DNA of 63,979 nucleotides, taken from Phycisphaera mikurensis. GTDB taxonomy: Bacteria; Planctomycetota; Phycisphaerae; UBA1845. Below, one piece after another: positions 33,462 to 44,345 of this stretch; position 1 is the stretch's first letter; each line of letters starts with the position of its first letter. The DNA is taken from positions 1 to 63,979 of the forward strand of contig SBAX01000058.1 in the NCBI GenBank assembly GCA_005240095.1, written 5' to 3'. The notes beneath the pieces are model-generated. The model saw only the letters and a list, made by a program, of their open reading frames with translations. It did no database searches and was not told the DNA's origin. The translations under genes and the position numbers were made by a program.

Positions 33462-34658
33462 CTAGCCGCCGCTGCTTTCTCGCGCGACGCGCTGCATGAT
33501 TATATCTTCTGCCGGGAGGGATGTCTCTCCGGGCAGCACGGGATTGGCCACGGTCTCCACGCGGGCAATCTGGTCGACAACTTCCTGGCCGAGGACCACG
33601 TGCCCGAATACGGTGAAACCCTGGGCGTCCAATCGGCTGTTGTCTTCGTTGAGGTTGATGAAAAACTGGGTGGTTCCGGAGTCTGGGTCACCGCCACGCA
33701 AGGCCAGGGCGACGGAATACAGCTCTCCGTTGCTCAGACCGTTGTCGGCCTCCGAGGGAACGGCTTCACGCGTGGCCTCGACCTCCTCCAGCTCGCCGTC
33801 AACCCGTCGATAGCCTCCGGTTTGAATAACGAACGGGATGCACTCGTCCTCTGTGGTCCCCCCGGAGCAGGCCACGCGATGAATCAGCAGGCCGTCGTAG
33901 AAGCCCGCGTCCACGTAGAGCAGGAAGTTCGTGGTGTGCAACGGGGCAGCCTCGACATCCAGTTCGATGGTGAAGTCGCCCTCGGTGGTTTCAATCCGCA
34001 CGCGGGGCTGATGATCGGCAATGGAGACCACGTCGAACTCCCGGGTGGCGGTTGAGGACGTCGAGCCAGACGCGATCGTCACGGTCAGGCGGATCCGCAC
34101 GGTCTCGGAGACGTTGGTAGTCAGGGTCGTCGAGGCGCGAGCGGGGTCGGCGATCACCGCGTCGCCTTGCAGGACCGTCCATTGGAAGGTGGCCTCAGCG
34201 GTTGGATCAACCAGACCGACGCTGAGCACCTCGGGCTCGCCGATTAACGCGAGAGTCGGTACGGTCGTGTTCACGGCGGCCAGCGTTCGAACCTCCACGA
34301 AGGCGTCGGCATGCTCGTCGGCGGCATCCGCCACAACCACGCGGAAAACGTACGTACCTACGGCATCCAGCGGCCCGGCAGTCAGTAGGGGGGTATTGCT
34401 TCCCTCCAGTGCCGCGTCCGCCGGGCCGCCGTTCTGATCCCAGAGGAAGCGATAAGGCGGCGTGCCGCCTGATGCCGACGCCCTGAGCGCAACCGTGCCG
34501 CCCTCGAATACGTCCGCAGGTTCCGCGACAGCAGTCACTTGCAGACCGGACGACCCATCAGGAGCGGACACGGTTGGGTCGCGAAGCGGGACGCAGCCCT
34601 GCGTCATCACGAGTGAAACCGCTATGGCGCAGACGATCCAAACAACCTTGTTTGCCAT
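33462..34658 (-). CDS. Lipoprotein peptidyl-prolyl isomerase (cyclophilin type) with N-terminal Ig/PKD-like domains
   Basis: The signal and lipobox are MANKVVWIVCAIAVSLVMTQGC. The C-terminal cyclophilin motifs are NFLLYVDAGFYDGLLIHRV, FVIQTGGY, SVALA...DPDSGTTQFFINL and FTVFGHVVLGQEVVDQI. Confidence 0.85.
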   Translation of the reverse strand: MANKVVWIVCAIAVSLVMTQGCVPLRDPTVSAPDGSSGLQVTAVAEPADVFEGGTVALRASASGGTPPYRFLWDQNGGPADAALEGSNTPLLTAGPLDAVGTYVFRVVVADAADEHADAFVEVRTLAAVNTTVPTLALIGEPEVLSVGLVDPTAEATFQWTVLQGDAVIADPARASTTLTTNVSETVRIRLTVTIASGSTSSTATREFDVVSIADHQPRVRIETTEGDFTIELDVEAAPLHTTNFLLYVDAGFYDGLLIHRVACSGGTTEDECIPFVIQTGGYRRVDGELEEVEATREAVPSEADNGLSNGELYSVALALRGGDPDSGTTQFFINLNEDNSRLDAQGFTVFGHVVLGQEVVDQIARVETVANPVLPGETSLPAEDIIMQRVARESSGG

Positions 34659-34778
34659 TCAGTCCTCACGAAGGAAAGGCGAAGGACGCCAGCTGGCCCA
34701 TCGCCGGAATTTCCATACAATATCGTCATCGGCGCTGCCGGTCACGCCGAGCCCTCGAGAACGGTCGGAAACCACGCG

Positions 34779-36209
34779 ATGCCCAAGCTGAGCGTTTACG
34801 AGTCTCCCCTGGTCACCCGATACGCCTCCGCGGAAATGAGCGCCCTGTTCAGCGAGCGGACGCGTATCCTGACCTGGCGCCGCCTGTGGCTGGCCCTGGC
34901 CAGGGCAGAGCATAAGGCCGGTATTCGAGTCACGGCGAAACAGGTCCGACAACTGGAACGAACCATCGAAGACATCGACTTCGCCGCCGCCGCCCGGCAT
35001 GAGAAGCGACTGCGGCACGATGTCATGGCCCACCTGCACACGTGGGGCGACATCGCGCCCGAGGCTCGCGGCATCCTCCATTTGGGCGCCACCAGTGCCT
35101 ACATCGTGGACAACGCGGACCTGATCATCATGCGGGAGGCACTGCGGCAGGTGGCCGGCTGGCTGGCCAACGTCATCGACGCACTTGCGGACTTCGCCCG
35201 CAAGTACCGTTCCCTGCCGACGCTGGGGCTTACACACTTTCAACCCGCGCAGATTACGACCGTGGGCAAGCGGGCGGCGCTGTGGTGCTACGACTTCGTC
35301 CGGGACCTGGATGAGATCGAGCGCCGCCTGGGTGAGCTTCGTTTTCGCGGCGTGAAGGGCACGACCGGCACGCAGGCCAGCTTCCTGGAACTGTGCGGCG
35401 GCGACCATCGCAAGGTCATCCGTCTGGAGCAGGACGTCGCCCGGCAGATGGGCTTCGCCGAGGTCGAACCGATCACCGGACAGACGTATTCGCGTAAGGT
35501 GGATGCCCAGGTCGTGTGCAGTCTTGCAGGCGTCGCGACCAGCGTGCACAAGTTCGCCAACGACCTGCGTTTGCTGGCGGGAATGAAGGAAATCGAGGAG
35601 CCCTTTGAGACCGAGCAGATCGGTTCGAGTGCCATGGCCTACAAGCGTAACCCCATGCTCTGCGAGCGGGCTACGGGGCTGGCGAGGCTAGTGATGTCGC
35701 TCGTGCAATCGACTCTGCAAACCGCGGCCGAGCAGTGGTTCGAACGCACGCTGGACGATTCCTCGAATAAGCGAATCGCCGTACCCGAGGCGTTTCTGGC
35801 GACGGACGGGATGTTGCGTGTGGTGGCGCATGTGGCACGCGGGCTGGTGGTGTATCCCAAAGTCATCGAGTCCCACGTTCGGGCGGAGCTGCCCTTCATG
35901 GCTTCGGAGAACATCCTCATGGCCGGCGTCGCCGCGGGTGGAGACCGCCAGGAATTGCACGAACGAATACGCCGTCATTCCCAGGCGGCGGGGCGTGCGG
36001 TGAAAATGGAGGGCAGAGAGAACGATCTGCTCGATCGGCTCAAACGTGACCCGGCGTTTACCAAGGTGAAGCTGGATCGCGTCCTCGATCCGAAGCTCTA
36101 CGTCGGTCGGGCGCCGCAACAAGTGGATGAGTTTTTGCGAAGCGATGTAGCCCGCATCCGCCGCGGCTATCGCCGGTCGTTGTCGCGGCCTATCGAGCTT
36201 TCCGTCTGA
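34779..36209 (+). CDS. purB: Adenylosuccinate lyase
   Basis: 476 aa. Motifs are SPLVTRYASAEMSALFS, GATSAYIVDNADLI, and the signature GSSAMAYKRNPMLCER. Confidence 0.9.
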   Translation: MPKLSVYESPLVTRYASAEMSALFSERTRILTWRRLWLALARAEHKAGIRVTAKQVRQLERTIEDIDFAAAARHEKRLRHDVMAHLHTWGDIAPEARGILHLGATSAYIVDNADLIIMREALRQVAGWLANVIDALADFARKYRSLPTLGLTHFQPAQITTVGKRAALWCYDFVRDLDEIERRLGELRFRGVKGTTGTQASFLELCGGDHRKVIRLEQDVARQMGFAEVEPITGQTYSRKVDAQVVCSLAGVATSVHKFANDLRLLAGMKEIEEPFETEQIGSSAMAYKRNPMLCERATGLARLVMSLVQSTLQTAAEQWFERTLDDSSNKRIAVPEAFLATDGMLRVVAHVARGLVVYPKVIESHVRAELPFMASENILMAGVAAGGDRQELHERIRRHSQAAGRAVKMEGRENDLLDRLKRDPAFTKVKLDRVLDPKLYVGRAPQQVDEFLRSDVARIRRGYRRSLSRPIELSV

Positions 36210-36225
36210 CGATCGGATCTGTAGG

Positions 36226-36759
36226 ATGACACTCATGACCAAGACTGATCTCGCCCGGCGCATCCGCGAAGCCGCATACCTTGAAGGCGACTTCACGCTG
36301 CGCTCGGGCCGAAAGAGCAAGTATTACCTGGACAAGTATCTGTTCGAGGTGCAGCCGGATATCCTACTGGCGCTGGGCGAGATGTTCGCAGGCTTCGTCC
36401 GGCCGACGACGACGTTGATCGCGGGGGCGGAGCTCGGCGGGGTGGCCCTTGCGGCGGCGGCGTCGATGGCGTCGGGCAAACCCTTCGTCATCATCCGTAA
36501 CGCGAAGAAGGACTACGGCACGTCCAAGCCGTATGAAGGGAAGCTGACCGATGGGGACTCGGTGCTGCTGGTGGAGGACATCGCCACCACCGGCGGACAG
36601 GTCCTGGAGGCCGCCAAGCTCATCGCTTCGATCGGCGCGAAGGTGGAGCGGATCGTGGCGGTCATCGACCGCCAGGAAGGCGCCCGTGAGAACATCGAGG
36701 GGGCCGGGTTCGGTTTCGAGGCGCTCTTCACCAAGGCCGATCTGGGCATCGCCTCGTAG
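36226..36759 (+). CDS. pyrE: Orotate phosphoribosyltransferase
   Basis: Motifs are GDFTLRSGRKSKYYLDKY and the PRPP motif VLLVEDIATTGGQVLEA. The start may instead be the second ATG at 36235, which has AGGA upstream. Confidence 0.9.
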   Translation: MTLMTKTDLARRIREAAYLEGDFTLRSGRKSKYYLDKYLFEVQPDILLALGEMFAGFVRPTTTLIAGAELGGVALAAAASMASGKPFVIIRNAKKDYGTSKPYEGKLTDGDSVLLVEDIATTGGQVLEAAKLIASIGAKVERIVAVIDRQEGARENIEGAGFGFEALFTKADLGIAS

Positions 36760-36844
36760 TTCGCGTTACGGGTTTGACCTGTCGCCTCGGCTCAGTACGC
36801 TTTCCTGCTCGGGCAATAGCACAACGCCAACTGGAGGACGACAC

Positions 36845-38512
36845 ATGCGAAAGAGCTTGTTACTTGGATCCCTGGTTCTGATCCTGGTCGCCGGCGGCTG
36901 CCGCTCTGCGGGAAAGGCTACAACCCCGCCCGGCGCAACGACTCCTCTGTTCGAGGGCATTGGGAGTCACCATCGCGCGGTCACCACATCCTCGCCACTG
37001 GCTCAAAGATACTTTGATCAGGGGCTCGTGTGGACGTTCGCGTTCAACCACGACGAAGCCATCCGCTCGTACCGGCAGGCGGCCGAGCTCGATCCCAACT
37101 GCGCCATGGCGTGGTGGGGCATCGCCCTGTGCAACGGTCCGCACATTAACAACCCGGTCATGCCCCCGGAGCGGAGCAAGGCCGCGTGGGAGGCATTGCA
37201 GAAAGCCCTCGCATTGAAGGGGAATGCAACGCCGGTGGAGCGTGCGCTGATTGAGGCTTTGGCCAAGCGCTACGCTGATCCGCCGCCGGCCGATCGCAAA
37301 CCTCTGGATGAAGCCTACGCCGCCGCGATGCGCGAAGTGTGGAAGGCGTATCCGAAGGATCCGGATGTGGGGACTCTTTTTGCTGAGGCGATGATGGACC
37401 TTCGCCCGTGGGACCTCTGGACGAAGGATGGAAAGCCGCAGCCGGGAACTACAGAGATCGTCGCCGTCCTCGAGGGCGTACTGCGGATCCAGCCCGATCA
37501 TCCCGGGGCCTTGCACCTGCACATCCACGCCATCGAGGCGTCGCCCCGGCCAGGCGACGCTACGGCCTCGGCGGATCGGCTGCGCCCCCTGGTTCCAGCG
37601 TCCGGCCACCTGAGGCACATGCCCACGCACATCGACGTGCTGACGGGGCGCTGGGCCGATGCCTCGCGATCCAACGAACAGGCCGTCGAGATCGATCGGG
37701 CTTATCGCAAAATCTCGCCGCGCCAGGACTTCTACCGCTTCTACATGGCCCACAACCGGCACATGCTCGCCTTCGCGTCCATGATGGAAGGGCGCAGCAA
37801 CGTCGCCCTGCGCAGTGTTCGCGAGATGCTCGCGGAAATCCCGGAGAGCTACGCCAGGGAAAACGCGGCACTCGTGGACGGCTTCATCTGCTCTCCCTGC
37901 GAAGTGATGATGCGCTTCGGGCAGTGGGACGCGATCCTCCGCGAGCCGGCGCCGCCCGCGCACTTCCCCATCGCTACGACCATGTGGCACTTTACGCGGG
38001 GCGTGGCCTTCGCGGCCAAGGGACAGGTCGCGGAAGCCGAGAAGGAACGTGAGGCGTTCGAGCGAGCGCGGGCGGCCGTGCCCAAGGAAGCGGTGGTGGT
38101 CATCAATCCCGCGGAGAATGTGCTGCTCATCGCCAAGCACGTGCTCGACGGGGAGATCGCCTTCCGCAAGGGGGACATGGACCGCGCCGTGGCGTCCCTG
38201 CGCGAGGCCATCAGGATCGAGGATAACCTGAAGTACATGGAGCCGCCGGAGTGGATCCAGCCCGTTCGGCACACGCTTGGGGCGATCCTCGTCTCGAATG
38301 GACAGTACGAGGAGGCCGAGAAGGTCTATCGCGAGGATCTCAAGGAGTGGCCGGAAAACGGCTGGTCGCTCTACGGCCTGTCCCAAGCCTTGCGCGCCCG
38401 CGGAAACACCACGGAGGCCGATCAGGTCGATGCTCGCTTCCGCAAGGCCTGGTCCCGCGCGGATGTTCAGATCGGCTCAAGTTGCCTGTGCGTCACTGCG
38501 CGGCGCGGATAG
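36845..38512 (+). CDS. TPR-like helical lipoprotein of unknown function
   Basis: I prefer the ATG at 36845 (MRKSLLLGSLVLILVAGGC, lipobox). The track ORF start at 36551 overlaps pyrE in another frame. TPR-like helices are present (AIRSYRQAAELDPNCAMAWWGIALC; WSLYGLSQALRARGNTTEA). Confidence 0.6.
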   Translation: MRKSLLLGSLVLILVAGGCRSAGKATTPPGATTPLFEGIGSHHRAVTTSSPLAQRYFDQGLVWTFAFNHDEAIRSYRQAAELDPNCAMAWWGIALCNGPHINNPVMPPERSKAAWEALQKALALKGNATPVERALIEALAKRYADPPPADRKPLDEAYAAAMREVWKAYPKDPDVGTLFAEAMMDLRPWDLWTKDGKPQPGTTEIVAVLEGVLRIQPDHPGALHLHIHAIEASPRPGDATASADRLRPLVPASGHLRHMPTHIDVLTGRWADASRSNEQAVEIDRAYRKISPRQDFYRFYMAHNRHMLAFASMMEGRSNVALRSVREMLAEIPESYARENAALVDGFICSPCEVMMRFGQWDAILREPAPPAHFPIATTMWHFTRGVAFAAKGQVAEAEKEREAFERARAAVPKEAVVVINPAENVLLIAKHVLDGEIAFRKGDMDRAVASLREAIRIEDNLKYMEPPEWIQPVRHTLGAILVSNGQYEEAEKVYREDLKEWPENGWSLYGLSQALRARGNTTEADQVDARFRKAWSRADVQIGSSCLCVTARRG

Positions 38513-38513
38513 G

Positions 38514-39857
38514 CTACTCGTGCCGGAGGGCGTCGATGGGGTGAAGGATCGCGGCCTTGAAGGCGGGGATGATGCCGAACAGAACGCCGACGCCGACGCA
38601 GAATCCCAGGGCGAGCAGGACCGCCCAGATCGGCACCACGATCTTGACCATCACCGGATGCAAGGAAGCGATGGCGCAGATGCTGTAACCCAAGGTGATG
38701 CCGATGACGCCGCCGACCGTGGCCAGGGCCACGGCCTCGGTCAGGAATTGCAGCAGGATGTCCCGCCGGCGCCCGCCCACGCTCTTGCGCAGGCCGATTT
38801 CCTTAGTGCGCTCGGTCACGGAGACGAGCATGATGTTCATGATCCCGATGCCGCCGACGATCAGCGAGATTCCCACGATGCCCGCGAGCACGCTGGTGGC
38901 GATCATCCGCACGCGCTGGAAGTCCCGAAGCATTTCGTCCTGACGGAAAATGCGAAAGTCGTTCGGCTGGCCTGGCTGCAGGCCGTGGCGAGTGCGAAGC
39001 ACGCGGCTGATCTGTAGCGAGGCCTCCTCGGTATCCTGCTCGGCGGTCACCTCCACGATAAAGGGCATCCACCGCGCAAAGAACGGCAGCATCTTGAGCA
39101 GTGTCGTATCGGGAATGAGGACGATATTGTCCTGGTTCTCATCCATGAAGTTGCCCTTCGCCTCCAGGATTCCGAGGACCCGAAAGCGAAGCTGGTTGAT
39201 GAAGACGTACTCGCCGACGATGCTGTCGTCCACTTCCAGGAGCTTGAGCACCTCCCGGCCCAACACACACACGTAAGTGCCGTGGTCTACGTCGATGGGG
39301 CCGAAGAAACGCCCTTTCTCCACAAAGAAGTTGCGGATGGTCTGAAACGCCTCGGTGACGCCCTGGATTTCCACGTTCTCGGCCTTCCCCCGGCCGTATT
39401 CGACGGTACCGCTGGTGAAAAGCATGGGAGAGATCCGCCGCACCTTATCGCACTCGGAGCCGACAGCCCGTTGGTCGTGAATATCCATCGAGACGCGCCC
39501 GATCATGCGACCCTGCATACCGGTGGGCGCCCAGGGGACCACAAACATGATGTTGGTGCCGAAGCCGCGAAGCATGTTGGTGACGTAGTCCCCAAATCCC
39601 TGCACGAACGAAACCACGGTGATCGTCGAAGTCACGGCGATGATGATGCCCAGCGTGGTGAGCACGGACCGAGCCTTGTTGGCCCAGATCTGGATAAAGG
39701 CGGTCTGGATGTTCTGCCACTGCGTGGCGAGCCGCCCCCCGAACCACGAGCCCAATCGCACGGGCAGAAAGACTACGCCGACCAAGGCGCGCGGCAGCCG
39801 CCCTCTGGCCTGTGCCAGCTCTCGAGTCACACCCACATGGACTGTAGCTTCCGGCAT
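38514..39857 (-). CDS. MacB/FtsX-family ABC transporter permease (paralog 2)
   Basis: 447 aa. It has a MacB_PCD-type periplasmic domain between TM1 and the C-terminal FtsX 3-TM bundle (..[53 protein letters not shown]). Confidence 0.85.
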   Translation of the reverse strand: MPEATVHVGVTRELAQARGRLPRALVGVVFLPVRLGSWFGGRLATQWQNIQTAFIQIWANKARSVLTTLGIIIAVTSTITVVSFVQGFGDYVTNMLRGFGTNIMFVVPWAPTGMQGRMIGRVSMDIHDQRAVGSECDKVRRISPMLFTSGTVEYGRGKAENVEIQGVTEAFQTIRNFFVEKGRFFGPIDVDHGTYVCVLGREVLKLLEVDDSIVGEYVFINQLRFRVLGILEAKGNFMDENQDNIVLIPDTTLLKMLPFFARWMPFIVEVTAEQDTEEASLQISRVLRTRHGLQPGQPNDFRIFRQDEMLRDFQRVRMIATSVLAGIVGISLIVGGIGIMNIMLVSVTERTKEIGLRKSVGGRRRDILLQFLTEAVALATVGGVIGITLGYSICAIASLHPVMVKIVVPIWAVLLALGFCVGVGVLFGIIPAFKAAILHPIDALRHE

Positions 39858-39860
39858 TCT

Positions 39861-39900
39861 TCGTTTCTGCGTTTTTGTGTTTCTGCGTTTCTGCGTTTCT
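39861..39900. repeat. Five tandem 8-nt units (minus strand GAAACGCA-like) filling the spacer between the two permease genes
   Basis: The plus-strand units are tcgtttct/gcgttttt/gtgtttct/gcgtttct/gcgtttct. The last unit overlaps the TAG of the upstream permease, and the array ends 3 nt before the downstream ATG (39857). Confidence 0.8.
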
Positions 39901-41176
39901 ACTCGTGCCTCAGTGCATCAATGGGATGGAGGATCGCCGCCTTGCAGGCGGGGATGATCCCAAACACCACCCCCGCGGCCGCCGAGAAACCCAGTGCCAG
40001 GGCCACAGCCCACCAGGGAACGCTGATCGACACCATCGAAGGGTGCAGCGAGGCCAGATAGGAAATCGAATACCCCAGGACAACGCCCACCAGACCTCCG
40101 AGTGTGCAGAGGACGACCGCCTCGGTGAGGAACTGGACCATGATGTCCCGGCGGCGGGCTCCAATACTCTTTCGCAGCCCGATCTCCCGGGTGCGCTCTG
40201 TCACTGAGACCAGCATGACGTTCATGATCCCGATACCCCCCACCAGCAGCGAGATGCTGACGATGCCGGCCAGCGATCCGGAGGCGATGTTGCGCACCTT
40301 CTCGAACTCGCGGACGTTCTGGTCCTGTCGCCTGATCTCGAAGTCGTTGGGCTGCCCTACCTGCAAGCCGTGCCGGCGGCGAAGGATCCGGGTGATCTCC
40401 GCCTGAGCGTCGTCCAGGTCGCCCTCGCTCGGCGCTTCGGCGAGGAAGCGTACCGATTCCCTCATATCGGGATAAAAGTTCAGCATGGTGGTGTAGGGGA
40501 CCATGATGGTCTTGTCCTGGTCTTCGCCGAACATGCTGCCTTTCTGCGTCAGAATGCCGGTGACCTGGAAGCGATGGCCGTTGACGTAGACATGCTGGCC
40601 GATGATGGACTCGTCGCACTGGAGCTGTTTGAGAATCGTCCGTCCGAGCACGACCACGTTGGCCGACGTTTCCACTTCCATGGGTCCGAAGAAGCGGCCT
40701 GCGTCCACGTAATAGTTGCGAATGACCTGGTATTCCTCGGTGACGCCCCGGGTGGGCACCTCCGTCATCTTCTCCAGACCGTACGCGACCTCCACCCGCT
40801 CGTTGTACAGAAACGGCGTAAGGCGTTTGACATGCGGGGCTTCCGTCCGGACCGCCTCCACGTCGGCAAGATTCAGCGTCACAGTGCCGACGCCCGACTG
40901 CCAAGCATTCGGCGGATAGTAGGCATAGACGATGAGGAACTGGGTGCCGTAGCCCCGCACCATGTTGGTGACGTAGTTGCCGAATCCCTGCACGAAGGAG
41001 ACGACAACGATCGTGGAAGTCACCGCGATGATGATTCCCAGAGTGGTCAGGACAGACCTTCCCTTGTTGGCCCAGACCTGGACCAATGCCGTGCCGATGT
41101 TCTGGGCGCTGCGCCCGGCCGATCCCACCGCGCCGCGCCACAGAAAGACCGGGATGCCCACCACTGCGCGAATCAT
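39899..41176 (-). CDS. MacB/FtsX-family ABC transporter permease (paralog 1)
   Basis: 425 aa with the same architecture. Its C-terminus [20 protein letters not shown] is nearly identical to the paralog. Confidence 0.85.
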   Translation of the reverse strand: MIRAVVGIPVFLWRGAVGSAGRSAQNIGTALVQVWANKGRSVLTTLGIIIAVTSTIVVVSFVQGFGNYVTNMVRGYGTQFLIVYAYYPPNAWQSGVGTVTLNLADVEAVRTEAPHVKRLTPFLYNERVEVAYGLEKMTEVPTRGVTEEYQVIRNYYVDAGRFFGPMEVETSANVVVLGRTILKQLQCDESIIGQHVYVNGHRFQVTGILTQKGSMFGEDQDKTIMVPYTTMLNFYPDMRESVRFLAEAPSEGDLDDAQAEITRILRRRHGLQVGQPNDFEIRRQDQNVREFEKVRNIASGSLAGIVSISLLVGGIGIMNVMLVSVTERTREIGLRKSIGARRRDIMVQFLTEAVVLCTLGGLVGVVLGYSISYLASLHPSMVSISVPWWAVALALGFSAAAGVVFGIIPACKAAILHPIDALRHE

Positions 41177-41931
41177 GCCACGGCCGCGGAAAGGGAAACC
41201 GATGTGGGAGTGTGCCCTGGCTCGACGACCGAACGAGGGGACGTGTGGACGTCTGAGGCAATGAGCCCGTCCTTGAGGCGGATGATCCGACGGCAGCGGG
41301 CGGCGATATCCTCTTCGTGAGTAACGATGATGATCGTCTGTCCCTCGGCGTGCAGGGAATCGAAGATGTTCATGATCTCTTCGCCCGTCTGACTGTCGAG
41401 GTTTCCGGTCGGCTCGTCGGCGAGGATGATATCCGGCTCCTGAGCCAGGGCCCGGGCGATGGCCACGCGCTGCTTTTGTCCGCCGGAAAGCTGATTGGGG
41501 CGGTGAGTCGCCCGATCGGACAGCCCGACGCGCTTAAGCGCCGCAATCGCCTTCTGCTTCTTGTGCGGCATCTGCGTGTACATAAGCGGCAATTGGACGT
41601 TCTTCAGCGCCGTCGTCCGCGGCAGCAGCTCGAAGGTCTGGAATACGAAGCCGATCTGCCGACCTCGGATGCGGGCCAGTTTGGACTGCGAGAGCTTGGA
41701 CACGTCCTTGCCGCGGAGCATGTACATACCCGCGGTGGGAATATCCAGGCAACCCAGGATGTTCATCAGCGTGCTCTTGCCCGAGCCGCTGGGGCCCATG
41801 ATGGCCACGTATTCGTTGGGCTGGATGGTGAGGGTCACCCCCCGAAGAGCACGCACCAGCTCCGTGCCTACGCGGTAAACCTTTTCGATACTGCTCAGCT
41901 CAATGAGCGGCGAGCCGTTGGTCTCGTTCAC
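41173..41931 (-). CDS. ABC transporter ATP-binding protein (MacB/LolD-type)
   Basis: Motifs are Walker [11 protein letters not shown]-loop, signature LSGGQKQR, Walker [12 protein letters not shown] and H-loop VTHE. It has 4-nt overlaps with both neighbours. Confidence 0.9.
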   Translation of the reverse strand: MNETNGSPLIELSSIEKVYRVGTELVRALRGVTLTIQPNEYVAIMGPSGSGKSTLMNILGCLDIPTAGMYMLRGKDVSKLSQSKLARIRGRQIGFVFQTFELLPRTTALKNVQLPLMYTQMPHKKQKAIAALKRVGLSDRATHRPNQLSGGQKQRVAIARALAQEPDIILADEPTGNLDSQTGEEIMNIFDSLHAEGQTIIIVTHEEDIAARCRRIIRLKDGLIASDVHTSPRSVVEPGHTPTSVSLSAAVA

Positions 41932-43346
41932 GGGGTTTTGCTCGCGGCGACGGCCTGCTCATCCTGCTCTGCCGTCTGGTCCTTCTTCTCTTCCTTGTCG
42001 CCATCCTTCTTCTCATCCTTGTCGGCGACCTTCTCCTCGGTCGTATCGGCCTTGGGCTTCTTATCCTTGTCCGACAGCGCCACCTTGCGTCCCTCCTTGA
42101 GCTGATCGAGGCTGCGGTACGGACCGGTGATCACCGTCTCTTCCAGGCCCACACCTTCGAGAAGCTCGACACGGCGGGCGTCGGCAATGCCCGGCTCGAC
42201 GACGCGGACTTTGGCGACCTCCCCATCCATCACGTAGACCACCTTGATGTACTGGGCCTGCCGGGCGCGATCGGAGATGTCCAATCCTGCCTGCTTCTTA
42301 TCAAACTCCGCCACCACGGACTCGGGCAGATCCTTTCTCATCCGGTGGACGACCGCTTCAATGGGCACCGTAATGGCATCCTCGCGATGGGCGACTTCAA
42401 TCTCGACGTTGGCGGTCATGGCCGGCTTGACCCGCTCATCCTTGGAGAGCACTTCCAGCAGGGCCTCGAAGGTGACCACGTCCCGGCCGGTGGCCTTGGT
42501 ACCCTTGGAGGCCACCCGCAGAACCCGGGCCGCCACCGGCCTGTTCTGATCCGCCTGCAGGTAGACGCGGGCCTTCTGCTCCGCTTTCACCAGCGGCACA
42601 TCCACCTCGTCGACGCGTGCTCGCACCTGCATGCGAGACAGGTCACTGATGGTCATGACCACCGTTCCCGGGTTGTTCATGGTGCCGGTTACCACCACCT
42701 CGCCCTGCTTGGCCTGGCGTTTGGAGATCACGCCATCGATGGGCGAGCGGATGATGGTCTTCTGGAGGTCCTCCTGCGTACGCTTGAGCATGGCCTCGGC
42801 TTGGGCAAGCTCGTGCTCGCGCATCTCCAGAGTGGCCCGCGCTTTGTTGCGCACCGTCTGGTAGTCGCGCAACTCCAGGTCTGAGGTCGCCTCAGATTCC
42901 GACAGGCTGACCTGTCGGGTCAAGTCACGGTCCGCCTTCTCCAAGTCCGCCTGAGCCCCGACGATGGCCGCCTTGAGTTGGGCGATGCGGGCCTTTCCGG
43001 ATTCGATATCCGCCAGCAAGTCCTTGTCGTTCAGTCGGCACAGCAACTCACCCTTTTTGACGAAGTCGCCTTCTTCGACGGGCATTTCCTCGATCTTGGC
43101 CATGATCTCGGAGCGGATCTCTACTTCGAGCTCAGCCTCGACATCGCCGGGGGCCTGGACGATGCGGATGATCTCCTCTCTGGCAGGCTTGGCCACCGTC
43201 ACCGTCAGGGGCACTTCCTGGGCCACGTGGAGCAGGGGCTTGTCCTCACCCTTCTTGCGGTAGGTGCCCAAAGCAAAGACGCCCGCGCTGATCAGACCCA
43301 GCACGACCAACGTCAACAGAGCCTTCATGAAACGCTTCTCCGACAC
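41928..43346 (-). CDS. Periplasmic adaptor (MacA/HlyD/RND-MFP family) with a Lys/Asp/Glu-rich C-terminal tail
   Basis: It has an N-terminal TM, a biotinyl-lipoyl-like segment ([10 protein letters not shown]), a long coiled-coil hairpin and a beta-barrel. The tail is [30 protein letters not shown]. Confidence 0.85.
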   Translation of the reverse strand: MSEKRFMKALLTLVVLGLISAGVFALGTYRKKGEDKPLLHVAQEVPLTVTVAKPAREEIIRIVQAPGDVEAELEVEIRSEIMAKIEEMPVEEGDFVKKGELLCRLNDKDLLADIESGKARIAQLKAAIVGAQADLEKADRDLTRQVSLSESEATSDLELRDYQTVRNKARATLEMREHELAQAEAMLKRTQEDLQKTIIRSPIDGVISKRQAKQGEVVVTGTMNNPGTVVMTISDLSRMQVRARVDEVDVPLVKAEQKARVYLQADQNRPVAARVLRVASKGTKATGRDVVTFEALLEVLSKDERVKPAMTANVEIEVAHREDAITVPIEAVVHRMRKDLPESVVAEFDKKQAGLDISDRARQAQYIKVVYVMDGEVAKVRVVEPGIADARRVELLEGVGLEETVITGPYRSLDQLKEGRKVALSDKDKKPKADTTEEKVADKDEKKDGDKEEKKDQTAEQDEQAVAASKTP

Positions 43347-43382
43347 TTGTTTTCGCCGAGCTCGTGGACTCGGCGCGTTCGA

Positions 43383-44216
43383 TTACGCTCCGGCGAACCC
43401 CATTCCTACATGGACGCCGATCCCGACAATACAAAGCAACGTACACGTCACCACGGCCATGCGTCGGCTCAACTGCTGTGTGACCGCAAGGCCGATGGCC
43501 ACCAGAACCCAGTACCAAATGCGGAAGGGATCCGCGCCGCCCAGCACCGGGGCGAGCCATCTGACCTCCGGCGCCAGCGCAGCGAGATCCCGCAGCGAAG
43601 TGCCCACTTCCGTACTGCGGTAATAGAGCATCATCGCCAGTTGAACGACAAACGCGGCCAGCTCAATGAACCCTGCATAGACGCAGATCGACATCAGCGT
43701 GTGGTACTCCGGCTTTCGCCCGGTAAGCGCAACCATCGCGTAGATGATCGAGGCGATCAGCATGAACGATGCCAGAAGATAGACCGGCCTGATGACGATC
43801 ACGCCCAGCCGCGTAATAGTTTTCGAGAACACCGCTGATTTATGGATGGCTTCCATGCGATCCTTGAGCTCCATGCGGTCGACAAGGTGCAGCTGAGTAT
43901 TCTCCAGATCCTCCAACTGTTTCTGCGTTTGCTTCTCTACGACCTCGTCGATGAGCCCGGTCTGCACCTGGGCATAGCCGATCAGCACAACCAGCCCCAA
44001 CAGCGTAACCAAGGCCCAGCCGTACGCGCCGGTATCCTCCACGCGATTGAACAGAGCCCGCGGCGCGACGAACACCATCAGCGCATGCCGCACGCCAAGA
44101 TCGCCGCCATGCGGACGCAACATTCGATTTGTGATGCCAGTGCCCACGACGCTCGCCTTTGCCCCCTCACTCGCCGGACGCCGGCGCAGGCAGGGAGAGA
44201 GGGCATTATATTTCAT
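43383..44216 (-). CDS. Yip1-domain multi-pass membrane protein
   Basis: The protein has five or six hydrophobic helices. The N-terminal region FVAPRALFNRVEDTGAYGWALVTLLGLVVLIGY is typical of Yip1/DUF1282-like proteins. The start is uncertain (ATG 44216 chosen). Confidence 0.55.
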   Translation of the reverse strand: MKYNALSPCLRRRPASEGAKASVVGTGITNRMLRPHGGDLGVRHALMVFVAPRALFNRVEDTGAYGWALVTLLGLVVLIGYAQVQTGLIDEVVEKQTQKQLEDLENTQLHLVDRMELKDRMEAIHKSAVFSKTITRLGVIVIRPVYLLASFMLIASIIYAMVALTGRKPEYHTLMSICVYAGFIELAAFVVQLAMMLYYRSTEVGTSLRDLAALAPEVRWLAPVLGGADPFRIWYWVLVAIGLAVTQQLSRRMAVVTCTLLCIVGIGVHVGMGFAGA

Positions 44217-44345
44217 CTTCGTTTCGCATGATGGGTTATTCGTGTCGCGGTTAGCATTTTGTGCGCCCGCCGACAATAACCGACAATCGTAGCCATGCGG
44301 GGACCTGCACAGGCCACGAGGCATTGGCTCAACGGACGCGGCGTG

